NCBI GenBank assembly: GCA_964535775.1
Contig: CAZHTV010000002.1
Span: 1 to 41,977 of the forward strand
Source of the DNA: an uncultured Thermoplasmata archaeon
GTDB lineage: Archaea; Thermoplasmatota; Thermoplasmata; UBA10834
Direction of reading: 5' to 3'
Length of the DNA: 41,977 bases
Shown here: one piece after another, positions 1 through 8,239 of the stretch
Position numbering within the stretch: position 1 is the stretch's first letter
Layout of the letters: the number at the start of each line of letters is the position of its first letter
Notes under the pieces: model-generated
Database searches by the model: none
Told to the model about the DNA's origin: nothing
The model's input: only the letters and a program-made list of their open reading frames with translations
Made by a program: the position numbers and the translations under genes

Positions 1-1116
1 TTGGACGTCCCCACCCAGGAGAAGGAGGTCGCAGAGCATCTCAACGAGTTCCTTCAGGACGAGGGTGTCGAATCAAAGCTCAGGAAGGTCGAGAAGGACA
101 GGCCAAACGTCATCGCGGCTGTGAGGGGTTCGCGCAGCGGAAAGAGCCTGATGCTGAACGGCCACACGGACACTGTGCCGGCCTACGACATGAACATACC
201 GCCGTTCCGGCCCGACGTGAGGAACGGCCGTCTGTACGGCCGCGGCTCGTTGGACATGAAGGGCGGCCTCGGGGCGATGGCGATGGCTTTGGTGGCCATC
301 GAGCGCTCGAAGGTCGAGCTGTATGGAAACCTCTATCTGGCCGCCGTCGTGGGCGAGGAGCGCAGGAGCGAGGGCACGGAGGATCTCATACTGAGAGGCC
401 CGAAAGCGGACATGGCTATTGTAGGCGAGCCGACGGGCCTTGAGATACAGCCGTCCCACAGGGGTCTGGAATGGCTCGAGGTGCATTTCTACGGAAAGGC
501 CGCTCACGGTGGACAGGCGGACAGAGGGGTCAATGCGATATCGATGGCTGCGAGGTTCGTGCGCGAGGTCGAGGACGAGCTGCTCCCGAAGCTGAGGGCG
601 CGCAAGGCGAAGCATACCCTGCCTCCGACCCTCAACCTGGGGGTCATCGAAGGCGGCCAGCAGCCGAGCTCCGTGGCCGACCACTGCGTGGTCAAGGTCG
701 ACAGGAGATGGGTGCCCGAGGAAACGCTGCAACAGGTTTTCGAGGAGATATACCAGATCTTCGACAAGCTGAAGAAAGAGGACCCGAGGTTCAGGGCGGA
801 GCTGAAGCGGGATCCCGCCAACATGAAGACGATGACGCACGTGCCGAACGTCGTCAGCACGGACCACAGGCTCGTGGTATCCCTTAGCCGGGCGGTCAGG
901 GATGTGACCAAGCGGCCCGCGAAGGTCACCACCTTCTGGGGATGGACGGATGCCGCGCTCATGACCCACTTCGGCAAGATGCCAACTGTCGTCTTCGGCC
1001 CTGGGGGCGCGGGCGCGCATTCAAGGGTGGAGTATGTCCTTGTCGATGATCTCGTGCGGTGCGCTCACGTCTATTCGATGACCGCCCTGGACATATGCAG
1101 GACAGGCGCTCGCTAG
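1..1116 (+). CDS. M20 family metallopeptidase/deacylase (ArgE/DapE/LysK-like), probably 5' truncated by the window edge
   Basis: The ORF runs from base 1. The translation carries M20 hallmarks: LNGHTDTVP, GRGSLDMKGG, VVGEE and an inserted dimerisation domain. Family members usually have more N-terminal residues, so the TTG at position 1 is unlikely to be a real start. Confidence 0.8.
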   Translation: MDVPTQEKEVAEHLNEFLQDEGVESKLRKVEKDRPNVIAAVRGSRSGKSLMLNGHTDTVPAYDMNIPPFRPDVRNGRLYGRGSLDMKGGLGAMAMALVAIERSKVELYGNLYLAAVVGEERRSEGTEDLILRGPKADMAIVGEPTGLEIQPSHRGLEWLEVHFYGKAAHGGQADRGVNAISMAARFVREVEDELLPKLRARKAKHTLPPTLNLGVIEGGQQPSSVADHCVVKVDRRWVPEETLQQVFEEIYQIFDKLKKEDPRFRAELKRDPANMKTMTHVPNVVSTDHRLVVSLSRAVRDVTKRPAKVTTFWGWTDAALMTHFGKMPTVVFGPGGAGAHSRVEYVLVDDLVRCAHVYSMTALDICRTGAR

Positions 1117-2723
1117 CAGACGCTCGGAGAATGCCTGAGGATTTGGCCCGCCCGCTCCTTGGTGTGTTTCCCGCGGTCTATCGTCAATGCCCCGTTCACC
1201 AGCACATGACTGATGCCTTCGGGATAGGCATGTGAATGTTCGAACGTGGCCTTGTCGCGCACCCGCTTCGGGTCGAAGACCACGATGTCAGCCCTCATGC
1301 CACGGGCTACTATGCCTCTGTCCTTCAGCCCGATCCTCTCCGCGGGCAGGGAGGTCATCTTCCTCACGGCCTCCTCCAACGAAATCAGCCCAGTTTCGAG
1401 CGCATAGCGTCTGAGGACTCTCGGGAATGTGCCGTAGGCTCTGGGGTGCGATGCGGTCTCGGCCATCGGGCCGTAGGGCGCCTCAGCCTCTCCGTCCGAG
1501 CCTATGGACGCCAGGGGGTGGGCGATGACCTTGGCGACGTCGTCCTCCGACATCTCATGGAAGACCGCGCCCGCTCTCAGCTCCTCATCGACCATGATGT
1601 CCAAGGCCGCTTCGGCGGGGTCGCTGCCAAGCTGGAGCGCTATTTCCGCCACCGACTTGTTCTCGAAACGCCGATACTTGTCGCTCCTGAGGCCTATCAC
1701 GCATATGTTCTCCCAACCGTCCTCGGCAGCGATTGCCTCCCAGTCATCGGAGGGGGTAATCATCTGCTCCTTCGCTTTCTCCCTCGTCTGCGAGTCTTTC
1801 AAGCGGGCGATGATCTCCTCCTTGCTCCCCTCCCTCACCCAGGGAGGCAGTATGGTGTCCAGGGTTGTGCAGGACGCAGTGTACGGATAGACGTCGAAGG
1901 CGACGTCGACGCCTGATCTCCTCGCATCCTCTATCATCCTGATAGTCTGCTGGACCATTCCCCAGCAGCTCTTCCCGCAGGCCTTGTGATGTGATATCTG
2001 GACGCGTGTGCATGCCTTGCGGCCGATGTCTATCGCCTCTGCGACCGCCTTCTGCAACGTCCTCCCCTCGCCTCTGATGTGGCTGGCATAGAACCCACCG
2101 AGGGATGCCGACACCGCAGCCAAGGCCACGAGTTCATCAGTATCAGCATAGCACCCAGGGGCGTAGATGAGTCCCGATGAGAGCCCAAAAGCGCCTTGGA
2201 GCATCGCATCCGCCAGCAGATGCTTCATCTCGGACATCTGGCCCTCGGAAGGTTTTCTGTCACAGCCACCCATCACCGACTCCCTCAGGTTGCTGGCGCC
2301 AACGAGACACGCGACATTGACCGAGGTCGGGAGGTTCGAGAGCCTCAGGAAGTACTCATCCAATGTGGTCCAGTCGACTCTCACATAGAGCGGCTTCGCC
2401 AGGTCGATGAGCGACTCGCGCGCCAAGCCGAGGGCAGGTGCGGGCGAGCCACCGCAGTTGCCCACGAGCTCGGTCGTCACGCCCTGCCTGATCTTGCTCT
2501 CGGCCAGCGGGTTCGCGAGAAGATGTATCTCCGAATGCGAGTGTATGTCTATGAACCCAGGACAGACCACCATATCTGACGCGTCAATCACGACGCTCGC
2601 CCTCGCCTCTGACTGCTTGTAGATGCCTGCGATCTTGGAATCGTCCACAGCGACGTCCCTGGGGACGCGCCTCGCGCCCGTTCCGTCTATGAGGGTGCCG
2701 CCCTTGATGAGAATGTCGTGCAT
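1113..2723 (-). CDS. N-acyl-D-amino-acid deacylase (D-aminoacylase) family amidohydrolase
   Basis: 536-aa ORF. The N-terminus (MHDILIKGGTLIDGTG...PGFIDIHSHSE) has the HxH metal motif, and length and layout fit the D-aminoacylase family. GAGGTGA lies 3 nt upstream of the ATG. Confidence 0.8.
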   Translation of the reverse strand: MHDILIKGGTLIDGTGARRVPRDVAVDDSKIAGIYKQSEARASVVIDASDMVVCPGFIDIHSHSEIHLLANPLAESKIRQGVTTELVGNCGGSPAPALGLARESLIDLAKPLYVRVDWTTLDEYFLRLSNLPTSVNVACLVGASNLRESVMGGCDRKPSEGQMSEMKHLLADAMLQGAFGLSSGLIYAPGCYADTDELVALAAVSASLGGFYASHIRGEGRTLQKAVAEAIDIGRKACTRVQISHHKACGKSCWGMVQQTIRMIEDARRSGVDVAFDVYPYTASCTTLDTILPPWVREGSKEEIIARLKDSQTREKAKEQMITPSDDWEAIAAEDGWENICVIGLRSDKYRRFENKSVAEIALQLGSDPAEAALDIMVDEELRAGAVFHEMSEDDVAKVIAHPLASIGSDGEAEAPYGPMAETASHPRAYGTFPRVLRRYALETGLISLEEAVRKMTSLPAERIGLKDRGIVARGMRADIVVFDPKRVRDKATFEHSHAYPEGISHVLVNGALTIDRGKHTKERAGQILRHSPSVC

Positions 2724-2850
2724 TCGTCACCTCTTGAAGGAAGCTGTCTTGGAGTGCAAGCCCGGGAAGGCCAGAGTGGCTATTGAAGGTTTCTGGTCTC
2801 ACGGCGTCACCGGTCACGGTTTATATCCCAAGCCGCCATTTGGGAATCGG

Positions 2851-3738
2851 ATGGCGCGCCAGTTCGTGTTCCAGAAGTACCACGGCTGCGGTAACGATTT
2901 CATCATCGCGGACGAGATGCACGGAAAGGTCACGCCTGACAAGGAGCGCAGCAGGCTCGCTAAGAGGCTAACAGACCGCAACTTCGGGATCGGAGCGGAT
3001 GGCGTCATATTCATCGAACGCGCAAAGGGTGCCGATGGGTCCATGCGCCTGTTCGAGCCCGCGGGCAACGAGGCCGACATGTGCGGCAACGGGATCCGAT
3101 GTGTCGGTGCGTATCTCATGGAGAAACTAGGGAAGAACTCAGTCAGTGTTCTCTCGAAGGATGGCGTGAAGAGCATCGGCAGAATAGGCCGCATGTACTC
3201 GGTCGAGATGGGCAAGGTGCGGACGACCGGCCGCCACCTGAAGGCATATTATGCGGGCGTGAAGCGCGATTCAGACTCTATGATGAACTTGCGCATCAGA
3301 GCAGGGGGAAGGACCTTGGTCGGGGCGCTTGTGAACTCCGGGGAACCCCACTTCGTGACCAGGACCCGAAGCCTCGGATCATTGAGGGTGTCTGAGATAG
3401 GGGACGCCGTCAACGCCAAGAAACACCTGTTTCCCCGAGGCGTCAACCTCAACTTCGTTCAGGTGATCGCTCCGCACGCGATAAGGATCAGAACCTATGA
3501 AAGGGGCGTTTATGACGAGACGCTCGCTTGCGGCACTGGCGCGACCGCGAGCGCTGCGGTGGCGGTCATGCTAGGATGGGTGCGCCAAGGACCCTTGACC
3601 GTGATCACCAAAGGAGGCGGCATCAAGATCAAGCTTGAGGATGACGGCACAGCCATCATGTCCGGCCCAGCTGTGCGCGTGTTCGAAGGCGTATCGGAGG
3701 AGCCACCCCGACGTGGACGACGCCTCAGCTGCCCATGA
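2851..3738 (+). CDS. dapF: Diaminopimelate epimerase
   Basis: From the ATG at 2851 (MARQFVFQKYHGCGNDFII). Both catalytic Cys motifs are present (MCGNGIRC and ACGTGATA), plus SGEPHFV. The upstream part of ORF 2623.. overlaps the divergent gene and is taken as spurious. A TATA-like GGTTTATATCCC sits at about 2816-2830. Confidence 0.85.
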   Translation: MARQFVFQKYHGCGNDFIIADEMHGKVTPDKERSRLAKRLTDRNFGIGADGVIFIERAKGADGSMRLFEPAGNEADMCGNGIRCVGAYLMEKLGKNSVSVLSKDGVKSIGRIGRMYSVEMGKVRTTGRHLKAYYAGVKRDSDSMMNLRIRAGGRTLVGALVNSGEPHFVTRTRSLGSLRVSEIGDAVNAKKHLFPRGVNLNFVQVIAPHAIRIRTYERGVYDETLACGTGATASAAVAVMLGWVRQGPLTVITKGGGIKIKLEDDGTAIMSGPAVRVFEGVSEEPPRRGRRLSCP

Positions 3739-5074
3739 GCTTCAGCACTTCCTCAGCGGTCTTGAGGGTCCCGTCGATCTCTTCTTCGGTGTGCGCTATT
3801 GAGGTGTAGAGTGGCTTGTCGGGGTGATAGTAGATCCCGCGGGCGAACATCCCGAAGTCGAACATCTCGCGCCTCTTGGTGTCGCACAGCAGAGCATCTC
3901 TGTAGTCGCATATCTTCAGCTCTCCAAACACGATGTTGAAGGTCGACCCAGGGCCAACAGCCTGCGCCGCGATGCCGAGCCGGGAGAACAGGTCGTTCAG
4001 GCCGTCCTGCAACCTGGCAGTTATCCGGTTCAGGTACGGGTAAGTCTCCGGCTCCTCGAGGACGTCCAGGGTCGCCATGCCCGCGGCGAGCACGGTCGGA
4101 TGCCCGTTGAAGGTGCCACCGTGGAACACCCTCTGGTCCTTGGCGCGCGTGGCGGGGTTCACCACGTCCATTATGTCCTTCCTGCCAAGGAACGCTCCGC
4201 ACGGAAACCCTCCGCCCATGATTTTCCCCACGCACATCATATCAGGCGTGACGCCGAACATGGTCTGCGCACCACCGAGCCTGTCCATCCTGAAGCCCGA
4301 CATGACCTCGTCGAAGATCAGTATGATGTCCAGCTCGTCCGTTACCTCGCGGATGGCCTTGAGGAACTCCGGGTCCGCGGCCACGAACCCCCTCTGCACC
4401 GGCTCCATGATGAGAGCCGCAAGGTCGTTCTTGTGCGCCTTGAGCAGCCTGACGGAGCTCTCGATGTCGTTGAAGGGCAGCACCTGCACGCTCTGGAGCG
4501 TGTAATCCGATGTGCCGAGGGAGCACGAGACAGACTGGGGGGCAACCTCCGGCCCGGCGACCTCCTCCGACGGCGTGAGGCTGACCAACGCCTCATCGTA
4601 GCAGCCGTGGTAGTGTCCCTCGAACTTCGCGACCCTGTTCTTCCGCTTATACCCTCTAGCAACCCTCAGCGCGTGCATCGTCGCCTCCAGGCCCGAGTTG
4701 GTGAACCGCGCCCTCTCCGCGCAGGGGAATATCCTGTTCAGGCGCGCGGCCATCTTGGCCTCGAGCTCGTGAGGGGGACCGAAGATCGTGGTGCCGTCCT
4801 TCTCGAGCTGGTCGTGGATCGCCTTGATCACCCTCGGATGGCCGTGCCCGAGGATCAGGGGCCCGAAACACAGCATGTAGTCTATGTACTCGTTCCCGTC
4901 CAGGTCCCAGAGGTGCGACCCCTTGGCCCTCGAGGCATAGATTGGGTAGGGCTTGTGGAACTTCACGTTGCCCGTGACGCCCCCGGGGAGGTGATCGCTC
5001 GCCTCATGGAACCACTGGCGGCTCTTCTTCGTCCTGGCCTCGTATTCGGCGATGGGGTTGAATCCGGCGCACAT
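3725..5074 (-). CDS. Class III PLP aminotransferase, glutamate-1-semialdehyde aminomutase-like (non-canonical HemL paralogue; candidate beta-amino-acid transaminase)
   Basis: 449 aa. It has DEVMSGFR, a PLP-lysine motif (CVGKIMGGGFPCGA) and FNGHP. The N-terminal motif PGGVTGNVKF differs from the HemL PGGVNSPVRAF motif as I recall it. It is the last gene of a tight operon, 7 nt after the CoA-transferase B gene. Confidence 0.8.
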   Translation of the reverse strand: MCAGFNPIAEYEARTKKSRQWFHEASDHLPGGVTGNVKFHKPYPIYASRAKGSHLWDLDGNEYIDYMLCFGPLILGHGHPRVIKAIHDQLEKDGTTIFGPPHELEAKMAARLNRIFPCAERARFTNSGLEATMHALRVARGYKRKNRVAKFEGHYHGCYDEALVSLTPSEEVAGPEVAPQSVSCSLGTSDYTLQSVQVLPFNDIESSVRLLKAHKNDLAALIMEPVQRGFVAADPEFLKAIREVTDELDIILIFDEVMSGFRMDRLGGAQTMFGVTPDMMCVGKIMGGGFPCGAFLGRKDIMDVVNPATRAKDQRVFHGGTFNGHPTVLAAGMATLDVLEEPETYPYLNRITARLQDGLNDLFSRLGIAAQAVGPGSTFNIVFGELKICDYRDALLCDTKRREMFDFGMFARGIYYHPDKPLYTSIAHTEEEIDGTLKTAEEVLKLMGS

Positions 5075-5081
5075 GCGATCC

Positions 5082-5849
5082 TCACCCCAGGTATATGCGC
5101 TCAGGGTCGAGAGCGCGCAGAGCCATTATCTCCCTCTCGGTGGGCGCAGGTGTCTGCTCCAGCTCGTCGGCGACCTTGAGCTTCCAGGGCGTGTTCTCCT
5201 GGACCTTCTCCACGGTCACACCCGGGTGAAGGGACACGAGGGTCATCTCGCCCGTGACATCGTCGAACCTGAGCGTGCCGAGGTTGGTGATGACAGCGTA
5301 AGGTCCCCCTCCCTGGAGCTTGAGCTGCCGCCACTTCTCCTTTCCGTCTATGAAGCCCGGGCTTGTGAGGAAATCAACCTTCTCGACGAACCTCCTCTTC
5401 TCGTGCGGGGTGATGACTATGATCTTCTTCACGTTCGATGCGATGTCGCACGCGCCCCCGCTCCCGGGGAGCCTGACCTTCGGCGTCTTGTAGTCGCCGA
5501 TCACGGTCGAGTTGATGTTCCCGTACTTGTCGATCTGCGCCCCTCCGAGGAACCCGACATCTATCCTGCCGCCCTGGAGGTAGTACGAGAACTGCTCGTA
5601 CATGGAGCACACGCTCTTCGCGCCCGTAACAAGGCACGGGTCGCCGATGGACAGGGGCATCCGGGTCGGGTTCGACCCGACGGCCCCGGACTCGTAGACC
5701 ATGTTCAGGTTCGGCGCCTGCAGCTTCCTGGCTAGGTTTGCCGCCAGGTTCGGAACCCCGACGCCGACCAGGACCGACTCGTGGTCCTTCAGTTCCCTTG
5801 CCGCTACAACGACCATCAGCTCGCTGGATGAGTAATCCACCATCATCAC
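5082..5849 (-). CDS. Family I CoA-transferase, subunit B (glutaconate/3-oxoacid CoA-transferase-like)
   Basis: 255 aa. The translation reads LVGVGVPNLAANLA...MVYESGAVG, with the ESG glutamate at residue 53 in the position of the catalytic Glu of beta subunits. Confidence 0.8.
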   Translation of the reverse strand: MMMVDYSSSELMVVVAARELKDHESVLVGVGVPNLAANLARKLQAPNLNMVYESGAVGSNPTRMPLSIGDPCLVTGAKSVCSMYEQFSYYLQGGRIDVGFLGGAQIDKYGNINSTVIGDYKTPKVRLPGSGGACDIASNVKKIIVITPHEKRRFVEKVDFLTSPGFIDGKEKWRQLKLQGGGPYAVITNLGTLRFDDVTGEMTLVSLHPGVTVEKVQENTPWKLKVADELEQTPAPTEREIMALRALDPERIYLG

Positions 5850-5856
5850 CGCCTCC

Positions 5857-6786
5857 TCACACGCTCCCGTAGTTCACGGGCGCGCTGTAAGCCGCCTTCG
5901 GGAGCAGCTTCAGCACCTTCTCCGTGGGCAGTCTCTTCACGTACTGCTGCCTGTCCTCGACGCCGTAGACCCACTCCTCCATCCATTTCACGGTGGAGTC
6001 GTGCTCCTTCGTTATCTCGTCCCACTGCATGTAGAACTCGTTATCCCTGTCGTAGTACCCCTGCACATATGAGGGATGGCACGCCCAGGGCTCACGGACG
6101 ACTGCGTGAACGACGAAATCCGGTATCAGCGTCCTGTTGGGATCCGACCTGATCAGGGACTCGTCCACGATTTCCTCTGCGCTTACTATGACCTTCTTGG
6201 AGGCGAAGGCCGTATCCTTCTGCTCCCCGATGATCCCCCAGACGTGCGAGTTGCCGTTCGCGTCGCATCTCTGCACGTGGACGACCGCAACATCCGGTTT
6301 GAGGGGAGGGACGACAGATATCTCGTCACCCGTGTAGGGGTCCTTGACAGTGCGTATATTCGGGTTCTGAGGAGGCAGGTCGGAGCCTGTGTTGGTCCTC
6401 ATCGGGAGGAATGGCATGTTGGTCGCGCCGGCAAAGAGCCTGCCCGACATCCCGAAGTGAGAGTACTCCTCTATCTCGATCTTGTTCGGCTGCCCCTTCT
6501 CGAAGGCGCGCCTGAAGCATCTCAGGGAACCAACTCCGGGATTGCCGGCATAGCTGAAGACGAGCTTCTTGCAGCAGCCCGCGGCGATCATCTGATCGTA
6601 GATTATGTCCGGTGTCGCCCTGCAGAGCGTCAGGTCCCTACGCTTCTGCCTGATTATCTCGTGCCCAGCTGCGAACGGTATCATGTGCGTGAACCCGGCG
6701 AGGTACACGGCATCCCCGTCCCTTACGAACCTGGACACGGCCTCCTTCATCGTTGTCAACTTGCCTGCTTCCATCTTCTCATCCAC
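5857..6786 (-). CDS. Family I CoA-transferase, subunit A (GctA-like)
   Basis: 309 aa. The N-terminus (KLTTMKEAVSRFVRDGDAVYLAGF...) and overall length fit the GctA-type alpha subunit. There is a 7-nt gap to the subunit B gene. Confidence 0.8.
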   Translation of the reverse strand: MDEKMEAGKLTTMKEAVSRFVRDGDAVYLAGFTHMIPFAAGHEIIRQKRRDLTLCRATPDIIYDQMIAAGCCKKLVFSYAGNPGVGSLRCFRRAFEKGQPNKIEIEEYSHFGMSGRLFAGATNMPFLPMRTNTGSDLPPQNPNIRTVKDPYTGDEISVVPPLKPDVAVVHVQRCDANGNSHVWGIIGEQKDTAFASKKVIVSAEEIVDESLIRSDPNRTLIPDFVVHAVVREPWACHPSYVQGYYDRDNEFYMQWDEITKEHDSTVKWMEEWVYGVEDRQQYVKRLPTEKVLKLLPKAAYSAPVNYGSV

Positions 6787-6791
6787 CGCAT

Positions 6792-7205
6792 CTATGCTGG
6801 AACGAACTTGAACCCGTACCTGATGACGTCTTCCTCGGTGTATATCTTCCTGAGCTCCGTCCTGACGGGCATGCCGATCTTGACCTCCTTGGGGTCGATG
6901 TCAGCTATCTGTCCTATGACCTTAGGGCCCTCCTCGAGCTCCACGATCGCGACGGGGTACTGTCCCCCTGCCTTCTCCTGCTCCGCGAACTCCGGGGGAG
7001 CCCCGCCTGCGCTTATCAGAACGAACGTGTGCACCTTCCCCTTGCCGCTGAGCTGCGTCTCCTCGAACTCAGAGGAGCCCTGGCACTGCTTGCACACGCC
7101 CTTTGGGGGGAAGTTCACGGCTCCGCACTTCTTGCACTTGTAGCCTATCATCTTGTATCGCTGGGGTATGGTCCTCCAGTACATCGGGACTGAAACATGC
7201 GCCAT
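6792..7205 (-). CDS. DUF35 OB-fold/zinc-ribbon protein (thiolase-associated scaffold)
   Basis: 137 aa. It has a C-x2-C-x10-C-x2-C ribbon (CKKCGAVNFPPKGVCKQC) followed by an OB-fold-like C-terminus. Its position after thiolase and HMGCS-like matches the archaeal trio. Confidence 0.85.
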   Translation of the reverse strand: MAHVSVPMYWRTIPQRYKMIGYKCKKCGAVNFPPKGVCKQCQGSSEFEETQLSGKGKVHTFVLISAGGAPPEFAEQEKAGGQYPVAIVELEEGPKVIGQIADIDPKEVKIGMPVRTELRKIYTEEDVIRYGFKFVPA

Positions 7206-7216
7206 CTGAACTCACC

Positions 7217-8233
7217 TCACCGGATAGCTCCCTTGAGCTTCAGGTACTTGACATAGTCAATGTACTCCTTCCTGTCGGTCTCTGTCTGAACCCTGACCGT
7301 GGCCTTCTTGTCGGTCACGACCGTGAAGCTCAGCGCGTCACTGCCGGCTCCCGAGCCGTATGATATGACCATGATCTTGTCTCCGACCTTCGCCGCGTCG
7401 AGTGCAGATGCCAGTGCGACGGGGACGGAGGCCGCTCCCAGATCCCCGAGGGATTTCGAAACCAGGCTCGAGGCGAGCTGTGCGTCTGTGAACTGGAGCC
7501 TGGCCGCAACCGTGGCCGGGACCCTTGCATCCGGCTGCTGGATGACCACATGCTGGTACTCGTCGGGCTTCCTGCCCAGCCTCTTCAGGAGCGCCAATCC
7601 TGCCCTGGTCGTGTTCAGGACGACGGAACCCTCGGCGAACTTCTTCACGTTCAGGTCGTGCACCAGGGGATCGTCCTTCGGCTTGAACCTCTCTCCGAAA
7701 TGCTCGCTGGCATACGAGACGTGTCCTTCGAGCTCGGCGATGAGGTCGTCAGATGACATCACAAACGCAGCCGCTCCGGCCCCGAATGCGTGTTCCACGG
7801 TATCCCACATGCTCGCCCTGGGCGCGTCGGCCGCTGCTGCCACGGCCTTTCCCGAGGTGGTCGCCAATACGTGTTCGAAGGCAGCCAGCATGGCCTCGGT
7901 ACCGGCCCTCGTTGAACTTGTGTGATCTGATGTGAAGGCGGTGCTGGGCATTCCAACGCTCACCAGAACGGTGCCGGAGAGCAGCTTCTCGAGATAGGGG
8001 GCGGACGTCGATGCCAGAGCGAATCTGGTCACCTTGTCCGCCGTCATCGGGACCGACTCGAGCGCCCGTCTGGTGACCTTGGTGACCGCGGTGAGAGCAT
8101 CCTCGTCAAAGCCGAGCACGGACTTCTCGTTAACGCCAGCTGCCGAGAACGACCCCCACGCCTTCATGTACTCTTCACGCTTTATCCTGAGCCTCGGTAT
8201 GTAGACGCCATATCCTGAGATCCCGACTGCCAT
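7217..8233 (-). CDS. HMG-CoA synthase homologue with degenerate active site (pseudo-HMGCS)
   Basis: 338 aa. Family signatures are present: VGISGYGVYIPRLRIK, SYGSGAGSDA and YIDYVKYLKLKG. At the positions aligned with the archaeal motifs GSES / FACKAGT / FHQPN it reads ASTS / SSTRAGT / IQQPD. Confidence 0.8.
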   Translation of the reverse strand: MAVGISGYGVYIPRLRIKREEYMKAWGSFSAAGVNEKSVLGFDEDALTAVTKVTRRALESVPMTADKVTRFALASTSAPYLEKLLSGTVLVSVGMPSTAFTSDHTSSTRAGTEAMLAAFEHVLATTSGKAVAAAADAPRASMWDTVEHAFGAGAAAFVMSSDDLIAELEGHVSYASEHFGERFKPKDDPLVHDLNVKKFAEGSVVLNTTRAGLALLKRLGRKPDEYQHVVIQQPDARVPATVAARLQFTDAQLASSLVSKSLGDLGAASVPVALASALDAAKVGDKIMVISYGSGAGSDALSFTVVTDKKATVRVQTETDRKEYIDYVKYLKLKGAIR

Positions 8234-8239
8234 CGTGCC

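Noticed and set aside
73-1020. 315-aa minus-strand ORF opposite the M20 peptidase gene
   Set aside because: It is antisense to a motif-rich gene. The translation is Arg/Pro/His-rich, low-complexity sequence typical of GC-rich antisense frames.
3725-5074. Calling the aminotransferase canonical hemL (glutamate-1-semialdehyde aminomutase)
   Set aside because: The fold and PLP-lysine motif fit the family. However, the N-terminal substrate-region motif differs from the HemL consensus as I recall it, and the gene is embedded in a CoA-transferase/thiolase operon, not a tetrapyrrole context. I kept it as GSAM-like; a phylogeny is needed.
3824-5179. 451-aa plus-strand ORF
   Set aside because: It lies entirely antisense to the aminotransferase gene, has no recognisable motifs and is Arg/Pro/Leu-rich.
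6076-7143. 355-aa plus-strand ORF spanning the CoA-transferase A and DUF35 genes
   Set aside because: It is antisense to two well-supported genes and crosses their boundary, so it is a GC artefact.
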